A stretch of DNA of 64,000 nt, from contig OZ024740.1 of assembly GCA_964016885.1 (NCBI GenBank), positions 276,148,001-276,212,000 on the forward strand. Direction: 5' to 3'. The notes beneath the pieces were generated by a model. The model searched no databases, was not told the origin of the DNA, and saw only the letters and a program-made list of their open reading frames with translations. Every line of letters starts with the position of its first letter. The first letter of the stretch is position 1. The DNA is from Eledone cirrhosa. Its lineage: Eukaryota. Below are positions 1-12,679 of this stretch, in pieces. Position numbers and translations under genes: made by a program.

Positions 1-62
1 TAGAGTGCTTCTTATCCGATATCTGCATTGCTTTATTGTACTATAATAAAACTCACCTCCTA

Positions 63-88
63 CATATATGTATAAATATATATATATG

Positions 89-125
<37 letters not shown>

Positions 126-219
126 AAATATATATATATATGTATATATATAAATATATATATATGTAAATATATATATAAATATATATATATATATAAA
201 GATATATATATATATAAAT

Positions 220-306
<87 letters not shown>

Positions 307-313
307 AATATGT

Positions 314-344
<31 letters not shown>

Positions 345-346
345 AT

Positions 347-431
<85 letters not shown>

Positions 432-438
432 TATATAA

Positions 439-475
<37 letters not shown>

Positions 476-945
476 TATATAAATATATATATATAAATAT
501 ATATATATAAATATATATATAAATATATAAATATATATATATATATAAATATATATATATATAAACATATATATAAATATATATATATATATATTGTTAT
601 ACTTTGGGAGGGTCATGTTGCCAATAACTTATTGGCAACATGACCCTCCCAAAGTATAACAATATCGGTTTCAACACACGATTTCAGATAAAGAATCTTG
701 CTAAACAAATTCAGAAACGAAATATATATATATAAATATATATATATATAAATATATATATAAATATATATATATATATAAATATATATATAAATATATA
801 TATATATATAAATATATATATATATAAATATATATATATAAATGTATATATATAAATATATATATATATATAAATATATATATATAAATATATATATAAA
901 ATATATATATATAAATATATATATATATAAATATATATATATATA

Positions 946-995
<50 letters not shown>

Positions 996-1052
996 AATAT
1001 GTATATAAATATATATATATAAATATATATATAAATATATATATATATAAAT

Positions 1053-1101
<49 letters not shown>

Positions 1102-1217
1102 AATATATATATAAATATATATATAAATATATATATATATAAATATATATATATATAAATATATATATATATAAATATATATATATATAAATATATATAT
1201 AAATATATATATAAAAT

Positions 1218-1256
<39 letters not shown>

Positions 1257-1449
1257 AATATATATATAAATATATATATATATAAATATATATAAATATA
1301 TATATATATAAATATATATAAATATATAAATATATATATAAATATATATATAAATATATAAATATATATATAAATATATATATAAATATATATATAAATA
1401 TATATATAAATATATATAAATATATAAATATATATATAAATATATATAT
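63..1449. repeat. (TA)n/(TAAA)-interrupted microsatellite tract
   Basis: Near-pure TA/TAAATATA repeats, interrupted by a foldback element at 591-721. Confidence 0.95.
591..721 (+). mobile_element. Foldback terminus of Penelope-like element family A (37-bp inverted arms plus ~55-nt tail)
   Basis: 591-627 is the exact reverse complement of 629-665 with a 1-nt spacer. The tail CGGTTTCAACACACG...CAGAAACGAAA follows. The same sequence occurs at ~3229-3277, ~58280-58330 and 62464-62608. Confidence 0.7.
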
Positions 1450-1583
1450 GGCCTCAGCCGGATGGCTGAAACAGGTAAAAGAGTAATATAAATATATATA
1501 TAAATATATAAATATATATAAATATATATATAAATATATAAATATATAAATATATATATAAATATATATAAATATATATATAA

Positions 1584-1614
<31 letters not shown>

Positions 1615-1672
1615 AATATAAATATATATATAAATATATAAACATAAATATAAATATATATATAAATATATA

Positions 1673-1726
<54 letters not shown>

Positions 1727-2914
1727 AATATATATGTAGATAAATCTACTAAAATATACAGTAGGGTCCAATCCGTATGAAGAAATCAATGTAATCAAAA
1801 TATCATGAAAAGAGAAGATGTATTCAAAATTTTTTCGATGAAAAACACAGGAAAACAAAGTCAAGATAAATTAATAAAAATAAGGAATAAAAACAAAGAA
1901 ACTGTTCCTTATATTAAAAAATTCATCATTTTACGATCGTTTCTAGGATACATATGTGTCTGTTGGTATGTATATCATATAGATCTATGAAAAAGTTTTA
2001 CAAACTATCAGAGGGAATATTCATACCTACACATATATATGCTGTCTTCAGAAATCATTGTTTCTACGTTAGGCACAAGGCCAGCAATTATCCAGTGTAT
2101 TACTGGTACTTTATGTTATCGACCCCGTAAGGATGAAAGGCAAGAAATAATGATATTTGTTTATGGAAAAAAACCAACAAAGATTTAATATAATAAGTCT
2201 GTTTGGGAATAGGTTTTGAATTGACCAATAGAAAAGTAGTAAGTGGTCAAGTTGATAGAATAGGAGTAGTAGAAATTTAATTTAGGGGTAGAGGAATGCA
2301 GACTTCAGTTTTGAATGGAAAGAGTATTTTGGATGTAAAGATTACTTTTGGGATGAAAATAGGTCAAGCCGATGAAAGATACACGGAAATTTGATGTTAT
2401 TAAAGAATAATGCTAATGTTAAAATCAAAGGAGAATAAAATTTTACTATAAATGTGTTAGTGAAAAATATCAATCTTATTTAAAACATAAGGAATATAGA
2501 TCTATAAAAAGAAATTAAATTAATTTAATTGATAGGTATATTTATAGGGATAAATTTATATTAATTCATATAGATATGATAAATAAGAGTTAGATGTTAT
2601 TAAAGAATGTTGTTAAAAACGAAAGGGGGGGGGGGTAGATTATAAGGAATTTAGATTCATAACAGGAAATTAAAATAGTTTATAAGTATACTTATTAGTA
2701 TAAATTTTAGCAAAAGATAGCTGTAAAAGGGAAATAAAATTATGCAGTTCTTAGTAGTAGAATATTAATTATAGGTTAACTAATTTTAAAAAATTAATTA
2801 TAATAATTTGAAAATATAAGTGTATATTAATTAGTTTATAATATTTGAAAGTTTTTCTAATTCTATGATACAATTAATTCTTGTCGCTTATTTAAAAGGA
2901 TATCCTCAGATTTC

Positions 2915-3277
2915 ATTATTTCAAAAACCAACCAGTAACATGTAAATAAACAAATAAATAAACAAATATAAACACACACCACAGACACCCGGACATGCGC
3001 AAGCTAAGCACACAACACACACAAAAACAAGATGGCGTAGGACAGAACAAAGGAGAGACACAAAAACAAAGAAAAGAATCGCCAGTCACTGAAGTGGTCA
3101 CAGAATGTGTGACGAAAGAACTCTGACAATATATAAACAATCATCCGGTTGTGGAACCAACCAACCAACCAATTTATAAATTCCTAAATTTATAAATTTA
3201 TTATAATAAATTGAAATGAAAGCAACTGGTGCATGTGTTTCTTATTGGCAACATGACCCTCCCAAAGTATAACAATA
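2915..3277 (+). mobile_element. Penelope-like family A terminal-repeat fragment with hammerhead motif
   Basis: Homologous to 58054-58330 (AAGATGGCGTAGGA...CAGTCACTGAAG...GGTTGTGGAACCAACCAACC...CTTATTGGCAACATGACCCTCCCAAAGTATAACAAT). Ends in (TA)n. Confidence 0.65.
3085..3127 (+). ncRNA. Minimal type-I hammerhead ribozyme motif (A9U variant, possibly inactive)
   Basis: GTCA-CTGAAGT-G-GTCACA/gaatg/TGTGAC-GAAA-GAA-CTC-TGAC: stem I GTCA/TGAC, 6-bp stem II, NUH = CUC. Confidence 0.55.
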
Positions 3278-3310
3278 CATATATATATATATATATATAT
3301 ACATATGAAT

Positions 3311-3643
3311 ATCATCATCATCATTTTACGTCCGCTTTTCCCTGCTTGCAAGGGTGGGACGGGAACTCATTCTGGCTTGATTTCTACAGCTGGATGCCCT
3401 TCCTAACACCAACCTCATTTACAGTGAGTGCTGGGTGGTTTTTTGAGGTGGCACCTCCACCACCACTTTGCAGAGGAATGATATGGACCCCAGTCCCTAT
3501 CATCTCATTTCTACAGCTGAGTAAACTGGAGCAATGTGAAATAAAGTGTCTTGCTCAAGGAAACAACACATCACCCGGTCTGAGAATTGAACTCACAACC
3601 TTTCGATTGCAAGGCCAATGCTCTAACCACTAAGCCATGTGCC
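3311..3643 (-). mobile_element. tRNA-derived SINE family 1 (CORE-like centre, RTE-type tail)
   Basis: Minus strand has A box TGGCTTAGTGG, B box GAGTTCAATTC, CCTTGAGCAAGACACTT core and tail ...GCGGACGTAAAATGATGATG. Confidence 0.85.
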
Positions 3644-4183
3644 ATATATTTATATATATACATATATATATATATAGATATATACATATATGAATATATA
3701 TACTTATAGATATATAGATATATACATATGAATATATATATATATTTATATATATATATATAGATATATACATATGAATATATATATTTATATATATATA
3801 TATATAGATATATACATATGAATATATATATTTATATATATATAGATATATACATATATATATACATATATATAGATATAGATATATATATATATATATA
3901 CATATGAATATATATATATTTATATATATAGAGATATATATATATGAATATATATATATTTATATATATATAGATATATACATATATATATATATTTATA
4001 TATATGTAGATATATACATATTTATATATTTATATATATATAGATATATACATATTTATATATTTATATATATATAGATATATACATATTTATATATTTA
4101 TATATATATAGATATATACATATTTATATATATATATAGATATATACATATATATATATTTATATATATATATAGATATATAC

Positions 4184-4330
4184 ATCATCATCATCATCAT
4201 CATCATCATCAGGTTTAGCGTCCGTGTTCCACGCTTGCATGGGTTTGGACGGGGGTTTTCCCACTTGAGGCAAGAGTGGTTGTCTTGCTCGCATAGGACT
4301 GTCTGGCGGGTTTTCTACAGTTGGATGCAG
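4184..4330 (-). mobile_element. 3' tail fragment of RTE LINE family 2
   Basis: Matches the reverse complement of 31960-32099, with a (CAT)n tail. Similar fragments occur at 18766-18850 and 23229-23396. Confidence 0.75.
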
Positions 4331-4530
4331 ATATTTATATATTTCTACAGTTGGATACAGATATTTATATATTTATATATATATAAATACATACATATAT
4401 ATATATATATATATAGATATATATATATATACATATATAGATATATACATATATATATAGATAGATATATACATATATATATATATAGATAGATATATAC
4501 ATATATATATATAGATAGATATATACATAT

Positions 4531-7500
4531 ATCATCATCATCATCATCATTTTACGTCCGCTTTTCCCTGCTTGCAAGGCTGGGACGAGTCTTATTCAGC
4601 ACAGCATCTCTCCACTCGTCACGGTCCTTCGTCATCTCCACCGTGAACTTCAATGATCTGCGGTCTGTTCTCACCACCTCCGCCCATGTTTTTCGTGGTC
4701 TACCTCTACCACGTCTTCCTGCAACTGGCATTTCCTGGCACTTCTTCACCCATCGGTCATCCTCCATGCGCATCACATGTCCATACCACCTCAGTCTCCT
4801 CTCCCGTACACTACATTCTATCCCTCTCAGACACAGTTTCTCTCTCAACACATTTATGCTGGGTTGTTCACGCACATTTACACTGCACATCCAACGGAGC
4901 ATGCTTGCCTCATTTCTCTCCAGCCATCGCATATCCTCTGCAGTTGCTGCCCATGTCTCACTACCATGCAGCATCGCGCTCCTCACACAGGCATCATACA
5001 ACTGGCCTTTCCTACGCAGGGAGAAACCCTTCTTCGTCAACAGAGGAGGCAGCTCCCTAAACTTCTTCCAACCCGTCCTTATTCTAGATACTATGGCCTC
5101 GGAACACCCTCCTCCCATGCTAATCTGATCTCCTAGGTACCGGAAGCTATCCACCACGTCTATAGCGCCCTCCTGCATTTAAAAAATGTGTCTATCAGTG
5201 CAACTTCTACTGTCTAATTTCCCTGTACATCTACCGCATACATATTTCTCCCTACCTGTTAGTTTGCCTGCTATCCCGCTACATCTCTTGTGTACCCAGG
5301 ATCTGCATTGTGTGCATTTTATATAATTTATGCCAGTTCCTTTTCTGCATATCGAACATGGCCATTTCCCTGACGGAATCAGGGTTTTGTCCTCTTTTCT
5401 ACTCATCAACACTTTTGTCTTAGCTAGGTTCACTCTCAGTCCTATTGCTTCCAACTGCTGTTTCCATAGCCAGAATTTATTCTCTAGCTCCTCTACTGAT
5501 TCTGCTATAAGAACCAGATCGTCAGCATAGAGAAGTTCCCATAGACAGCCAGTCTTAAACTCCTCTGTTATGGCTTGGAGGACTATAATGAACGAGAGCG
5601 GGCTGAGGACCGAACCCTGATGTACTCCTACTTGTATCTGGAATTCCTCACTAAACTCCATTCCTACCCTGACTGTACTGAGAGTACCTCTGTACAAAGT
5701 TTGCACTCTCCTCACAAGCCATTCCTCAACACCTAGCTTCCTTAGGGACCACCAGATGACAGATCAAGGTACCCTATCAAAGGCCTTCCCTAGGTCAACA
5801 AAGGCTAAGTATAGTGTCTTATTCTTCTCTAAGAACCTCTCTTGCAATTGTCTCACCAAGAAGAGGGCATCTGTTGTACTGTTCCCAGGCACAAAACCAA
5901 ACTGCATCTCATCTAGTTTGACCCTTTCTCTATTTAGTTGTGTTAAAATCCTTTCTGCCACTTTCATAACCTGATCTATCAGTTTTATACCCCTATAATT
6001 GCTCCTCTCCAGAGCATCTCCTTTACCTTTGTAGCAATTTATGAGAATACTGCTGCACCAGTCTTTGGGTATGACACCACCATATATAGTCTGATTGATG
6101 ATGCGTGCAACCAGTTTAGTGCCTACGTCCCCTGATGCCTTCAGCATCTCAGCAACTATTCCCGATGGTCCGGCAACCTTACCATTTTTCATTTCCCTAA
6201 TCGCCTCTTGGACCCTATATTCGTCAATCTCAATAGCTGGTCCCTCTGTCGGATCTACCAGGGTAATTTCTCTCTCTCCCATTTGTTCTCCACATTCATC
6301 AGTCTCTCATAATAACATTTCCAGGCCTCCTTTTTCTGATCGTTCGTGACACTAATTACACCGGCATCATCCCGGACACATTTATCTCCAACAGCATCCT
6401 GATTTGCATTGACACACTGCCTTGCAATGTGGAACACCGCACGCCTCTGATCTTCCCATCGCAGAACATTGGCAAACCACCTACTCTCTGCCTCCCTGCA
6501 TGCTAAGTACACCTGATCTAGCTTCTCTCTTAGTGGCTGTATATTCTTCCCTACTCCCACCCTTTTTACAAGCCTTCCATGCTAGTCTTTTGTCTCTAAT
6601 GGCCTTATCTACTGTGCTGTTCCACCACCAGGTCACTCTCTGTCTGGTTGGAGCTGTGCTCCAGCCACAAGTTTCATCAGTAGCCTGCAGCAAGTTGTCA
6701 CGTAAGAAATTGCAGTTATTATCTATGTCATACGTCTCTAAATCGTCTTCTTTTTCATCATATACATCTTGAAGGGCTTTCCTAAATTTGTATTTTAGTG
6801 AAAGGTCTTTTAGCTTCCAGTCCTTTCTTCTCCACACCTGCCTATATGTCTCATTCCATTTCTTGCTTACTGAGATATCACTAACAACTAACCTATGCTG
6901 TGGGGTACATTCTTCCCCATGGTATGCCTTGGTATTAGACACTATCTGCCTGTCCCGCTGCCTAACTAGTAAGAAGTCAATCTGGCTTATGTGCTCACCA
7001 GATTTGTAGGTTATTAGGTGATTGGCAGGTTTCTGGAAGTTTGTGTTGCAAATAGTGAATGTACCTGCATCACAAAATTCAAGAAGTCTCACTCCTTCTT
7101 CATTTCTTGAACCATAACCATGCCCACCATGTACCCCAGTGTAACCATCCTGGAGCTGTCCAACATGACCATTGAAGTCTCCTGCTAGCATAACGATGTC
7201 TCCGTCCTCTGTCATTGCGGTTGTTTGTAAAAGTTGCTCATAAAAGCAGTCTTTCTCATCTTTGCCTAGGCCTGCTTGGGGAGCATAGGCCGAGATGATT
7301 GTCAGTAGTCTCCTGCCTACAACTAATCTAAGCTTAATTATTCGATTACTAACTCGAACTACCTCTATTATCTTATTGATCCATTTCTCAGCCAGGAAAA
7401 TGCCTACTCCCCCTAACCCATCATCCTTACCTACCCAGAATAGCTTATAGCTAAGACGTTTGCCTACGACTAGTCTCGCAGAGGCACCTCTCCATCTCAC

Positions 7501-7650
7501 CTCTTGCACGCAGCACACATCCACCTGCCTTCTCTCCAGTATCTCCGCTATTTCAGCAGATCTACCTCTGAGAGTGCCAACATTAAGTGTTGCAACTCTG
7601 AGATGCGACGTCTTCATATTTTGTTGTTGTTCCTATTTGTTGCTGTGCTG
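4531..7650 (-). mobile_element. RTE-clade LINE family 1, near full-length ORF, inactivated by stops and frameshifts
   Basis: APE endonuclease (TLNVGTL, CVQEVRW, GDFNGH, SQIDFLLV, QHRLV) at 6481-7617. RT (NYRGIKL, QFGF, AFVDLGKAFDRVP, QGSVLSP, YADDL, FRYLG) at 4552-6282. RTE C-terminus LRWYGHVMRM...RGRPRKTW. (ATG)n tail directly after the stop. Confidence 0.93.
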
Positions 7651-7830
7651 ATAATATATATATATATATATATATAGATAATATATATATATATATATAT
7701 ATAGATATATATACATATATATATATTTATATATATATAGATATATACATATATATATAGATATATACATATATATATATTTATATATATATATAGATAT
7801 ATACATATATATATATTTATATATAAATAT

Positions 7831-8045
7831 AAATTAGCGAGAATCGTATTTCAGCTCAGGAATTAACGAAAAACAACTTCTGAGATGTGTGGCAAGCGCT
7901 CGATGATTCATATGAATCAGAGCTACAACATACGTTAAGGGCCAAACACACTGAGATGGTGGTTAAACAAATCATCCACACAGCCAAAAAAACGACCAAG
8001 TAATTCGGGTCAAACAATAAAAATATATGTGATTGAAAATTTATA
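7831..8045. repeat. Unclassified dispersed repeat starting at a (TA)n edge
   Basis: Shares ATCGTATTTC...GAGAT.TG.GGCAAGCGCTC...CAGAGC...AACATA.GTTA...ATGGTGGT with 50378-50580, and partly with 23491-23630. Confidence 0.5.
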
Positions 8046-8063
8046 GATATATACATATAAATA

Positions 8064-8517
8064 TACGATATTAAACAAATGGAAACTACATTTATATTTA
8101 TAAAACCATATTTATTTTGTTATATATATTTCTGGGATATCATATTAAAAATATGTTATGCCTTCCTCAGACAAAATACAATACATAAGCTGTTTTATAA
8201 ATAATTAGTGACATACCTTGTGATAATGCAACTTCCTTTTAAAAAGTTAAAAGGAAGTTGCATTATCACAAGGTATGTCACTAATTATTTATAAAACAGC
8301 TTATGTATTGTATTTTGTCTGAGGAAGGCATAACATATTTTTAATATGATATCCCAGAAATATATATAACGAAATAAATATGGTTTTATAAATATAAATG
8401 TAGTTTCCATTTGTTTAATATCGTAAACCTACTCCAGAAACTGTTGAGTGCTTTTATATCAGTTATAAAATATTTACTCGTTGTAACCCAACAATCTTAA
8501 ATAAAACTTTTGCATAT
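8064..8517 (+). mobile_element. Foldback Penelope-like element family B (179-bp inverted arms plus ~90-nt tail)
   Basis: 8064-8242 is the reverse complement of 8247-8425 with one mismatch seen. The tail 8426-8517 matches the reverse complement of 60712-60790. Contains a hammerhead motif. Confidence 0.75.
8311..8376 (+). ncRNA. Minimal type-I hammerhead ribozyme motif (mirror copy on - strand at 8113-8178)
   Basis: TATTTTGT-CTGAGGA-AGG...CCC-A-GAAA-TATATA-TA-ACGAAATA: 8-bp stem I, palindromic stem III, imperfect stem II. Confidence 0.6.
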
Positions 8518-8984
8518 ATAAATATATATATATATATATGCTCCAACAATATGAAAATCCCCAAATTACTATGAACCATCCCATGCATACTTACATGAAA
8601 AAATAAATATAAAACTCTTCTGAAAAAAAAAAAAGAAAAAAGAGATGAATATATTCACCAATCAATAAATTAACTTGAGAAGTACTGTTTCTTTAATTTT
8701 ACATTATATAACTTGAAAAAGGCATTTTCTTTTTCAAAATTCGTCTACAAATATATGTTTTAGTTAGAGAGATATTATTTTCTATAGCAATATAGCAAGA
8801 AAGAAATATCAGTTTTATATTAATTATTTTCAATCATTTTATTCTATTGTGTTTAAAATTACATTATCATAAAACTTAGATGTTTTCTTAAAACTGAAAT
8901 TAGGGATGGTAAAAGGAAAAAAAAAGATAAACATGAAACATAAATTTTCATGTCAATCAATATTATTATCATCATCATCATAAG

Positions 8985-9492
8985 TGTGGTAGATTGGCAG
9001 TATTAGTAGAGGGTCGGACGCCATGTTTTGACACAGAGTTATGGCCCTTGCCATTCTGAGTTCAAATCCCGCCGAGGTTAACTTTGCTTTTCATCCTTAC
9101 AGGGTCGATAAAATAAAGTACCAATAATACACTGGGATAATTGCTGGCCTTGTGCCCAAAGTAGAAACAATTATTATCATCATCATCATCATCAATATTT
9201 TATGTATGTTTTTCCATGCATGTGCTGTACAAGTCATCACTGTCTGAATCAGTTCATATTCAAAGTCAATGTTCTCCTTGAAGGGTTGAACAAAAACAAG
9301 GTTCATTCATGTTTTCCATTATATATATTGGATTAGCTGTATCAGTAGAGCATTAGACACCATGCTTTGTAACATAGAATTACGGCCCTTTATGTTCTGA
9401 GTTCAAATTCCATGAGGTTAGCTTCGCCTTTCATCCTTATGGGGGCAATAAAATAAAGTACCAGTTACGCACTGGGGTCAATTTAATCGACC
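8985..9492 (+). mobile_element. Two copies of SINE family 2 (Meta/Sauria-SINE-like central domain)
   Basis: TGGCAGTAT..GTAGAG...GAGTTCAAATCCCGCCGAGG..AACTTTGCCTTTCATCCTTAC.GGGTCGATAAAATAAAGTACCA at ~8985-9175 and ~9328-9492. Confidence 0.75.
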
Positions 9493-10130
9493 CATTATAT
9501 ATATATAAAAAAAAATTATTATTATATAACAATCATCATTATCATCAATTTTATGTCCATTCTTCCACACTTACCTGGGTTTTGCAGGTCTTTTTCAGCA
9601 TTCCTCCATCACCGTGTGTCTTCTTATCAAAATTCAGTTTCTAACTTTTATTCAATTTTGAAATTTCAGTTTCAGATTCAGTTCTAAATTTCAAAAAACG
9701 ATTTTTTTTTTCGTTTTTGCTAGATTTAAAACATTCAATTTGGCCCTATTTCATTTATTAATTTGATATTGTAAATTGAAAAATAAAGGAATAAAAATAT
9801 TTTTAAAATTTGCAAGATCTCTGTATCAAATTGAATTGAAATCACCATCCCTGATTTGTACACAAATCGGAGAGATTTTATTTCATTTCATTCAATCAAA
9901 GAGAGATTTTATTTTATTTCATTCATGGTTTATAGATGCAGGCATGTGTGTAAGGTTAAGAATTTTGCTTCAGGACTATATGGTTTTATGTTCATGCCAA
10001 TGGCATGGTGCCTTGGACATCTGTCATTAGTATATCATTGGGCTGGGCAATGCTTTATGAATGAATTTGGTAGACGGAAACTGCAGAAAGCCTGTTGTGT
10101 ATAAGTATGAGAATTTCATATATCTAATGA

Positions 10131-10510
10131 TATATGGTATATTTAATAATAAACATTTGGAAAGCCTTCTAGCTATGAATATTGAAAAGCTGGCAGCTAG
10201 CACCATTTAGCAGATTCCAGCAGAAGCAGCAGGAGAAAACCATCAATATGCAAATTCTACTTTTAAGCTGAGACAGCTTACAGCTTCATACTCAAATGAG
10301 GCTAATCAGCCCATCTACATCGGCAAAAAACTATATATTTTCGCCTGTTTCAAGTTCCAGCTTAGAGAAGGGGAAGTGCTCTCCTGATGACGGTCACAGC
10401 CAGAAATGTACATTGACAGTTGTCTCCCACTGTTTCTGCTGGAATCTAGACATCAGCATTTCAATGTTCATAGCTAGAAGGCTTTCCAAATGTCTGTCAT
10501 TATATATGGT
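10131..10510 (+). mobile_element. Penelope-like family C fragment with inverted terminal arm
   Basis: 10131-10240 is inverted relative to ~10420-10510. The body is homologous to 12680-12962 and carries a hammerhead core. Confidence 0.6.
10379..10419 (+). ncRNA. Degenerate minimal hammerhead motif (family C)
   Basis: CTCTC-CTGATGA-CGGTCACAGCCA-GAAA-TGTACA-TT-GACAG, with palindromic stem III. Confidence 0.45.
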
Positions 10511-10936
10511 CATGTGAGTATGCCAGTAGTTGCAAAATGTCATATCAACACCATTTATGAAAAATGCTAGAAGTATCAGTGTTTGTTTCACATAAATGAT
10601 ATGATCAACATTATCTGTGTATATACCATAGTTAAAATGAAATAGAGATTGGCACCTCAAAAAGTTTTTTCTACAAAAATGCAAGAGTTAATGTAAAAAT
10701 GATGACGATAATGGTGAAGATGGAATAATATTTACAATATAAGTCTTTTAATTCTTTGGGTACCATTCCCATTAAAACCGCCTTGAATTTATGATACAAA
10801 ACGGCTAATTTTAAAATCATAATTTTATTCTAGAAATGTTTAAGTCATGTTCTAAATATCAGCTTAATCATGAAAATCGTTTGTTTTTTTAAACTAACTC
10901 CTCCAAATGTTTGGCTATATTCAAAATTAGGCAATG

Positions 10937-11138
10937 TATGAGGACCGGCTGAAAAGTTCCTAGCCTCACTATGAAGAATTGATGCTAAAGCTGTGAAATC
11001 TTGCATGCATTAATTTAAACTCTTCTTATTATCAACTGCATTTTTTCTTTCCAGGGACTATGTTAAAAAATAAACCTCATGTGGTTATTCCATGAGAGTA
11101 TCTTGGTCAGCCTCTCAACTTTTCAGCCAAACCTCATA
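10937..11138. mobile_element. Mariner-like MITE
   Basis: TA-flanked TIRs TATGAGG..GGCTGAAAAGTT / AACTTTTCAGCC..CCTCATA. Partial inverted copies at ~49840-49960 and ~58409-58578. Confidence 0.7.
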
Positions 11139-11159
11139 TTTCATTGGAATAATAGAATA

Positions 11160-11340
11160 ATTATTTCTACATTTGGCACAAGGCCAGCAATTATCCCAGT
11201 GTATTACTGGTGTTTTATTTTATCGACCCCGTAAGGATGAAAGGCAAAGTTAACCTCGGCAGGATTTGTACTCAGACCGTAAAGGTCCATAACGCTTTGC
11301 TGCAAAGCATGGCGTCACACCCACTACTGATACTGCCAAT
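11160..11340 (-). mobile_element. SINE family 2 copy
   Basis: Reverse complement of the family 2 consensus (ATCGACCCCGTAAGGATGAAAGGCAAAGTTAACCTCGGC). Confidence 0.8.
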
Positions 11341-11450
11341 TAAAGTGTTACATTTTATGCTGTTTAGTTCTAGTGACAAAACGAGGAAATTTTTGCTAAG
11401 CTATATTCATTAACTATTGCTTAATTTTATTTCTTTTTTTCTTTTTGCAG

Positions 11451-11519
11451 GCCTACTGTAAATTGTTCTTCTGTTTGAACGCTAACTTCATGTCCTTACA
11501 GCGCTGATATTTCACTGTG
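11451..11519 (+). other. Candidate internal non-coding exon (UTR or lncRNA)
   Basis: Strong polypyrimidine tract and acceptor TTTCTTTTTTTCTTTTTGCAG|, upstream TTAAC branch-like motif and consensus donor G|GTAAGT. The 69-nt sequence is unique and has stops in all three frames. Confidence 0.6.
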
Positions 11520-12344
11520 GTAAGTCTATATTTAGTAAATTTTACTTTTCTTCCATTATTAGTAATCTTGACATTTTTTCAACATTCAAATCTTATTAAT
11601 AGCTAAACTTTTAAAGGATTAAAATACTATCTTACCTGGATTTAAAATTAAATATATACATACACAAAATATATGTGTGTACATATATATATATATGCAT
11701 ATATCGACATGTATATATGAATGCATTATATATATATTATATATGTATATATATGTATGTGTATATGTATGTTGTATGTATATATATAAGTATGTGTATA
11801 TGTATGTTGTATATATATATATATATGTATATACATATATATATGTATGTATCCATATATATATATGTGTGCATATATATATGTGTGCATATATATGCAT
11901 ATATATATATATGTCTATATATTTATATATGCATATATATATGTCTATATATTTATATATGCATATATATATGCATATATAAATATGCATATATATATAT
12001 ATGCATATGTATGTCTATATTTTAAGAAAAGTAAACTGAACACATTATGATGTAAACTAGACAATACCAGTTTCAGGCATATTTTCAGTTCTATGTTATG
12101 CAGGTAACAATTAAATTTTGTATACAATGATAAACCAAGAGTATTAATTAAGACAGATAAAATATAACATAGGAAAAAAAAAAAAAATCAGAGATTATTT
12201 CTCACCAAATAATTTTCAGAATTTTTCATCATTTAAATACATTATAATTCATTTAATATAATGCATTTAACAAATTATGACTTTACTCTTAATAACAGAG
12301 CTTCATCTATTTTATAAGCATGTAAGCAAAAACATACATATTCC

Positions 12345-12395
<51 letters not shown>

Positions 12396-12679
12396 GAATA
12401 TAAAAGAAAAACGAACACAGATATATACATATATGTGTTCAAATCGCAAGGGACCAGATTTGCTAAGGTGAAAAGAATACTACCTATAGACAATAGGGTT
12501 TGTAAGTGACTTACAATTAAATAAGAGACTATTTTGAGTTTCTAACTCAATATATACCTTTTATATATATATATATATATATTTTGTATATATGTTGAAG
12601 CTAAATTCTAATTACATATATATATATATGTATAATTAGAATTTAGCTTCAACATATATACAAAATTCACATATTCACA

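Noticed and set aside
2160-2915. NUMT or PLE coding region
   Set aside because: Very AT-rich, but I could not read any mitochondrial gene, RT or GIY-YIG motif.
4643-7651. Plus-strand ORFs overlapping the RTE element
   Set aside because: Antisense shadows of the LINE ORF with no independent motifs.
11505-11507. Selenocysteine TGA in the candidate exon
   Set aside because: No selenoprotein-like context or SECIS evidence; treated as an ordinary stop or non-coding sequence.
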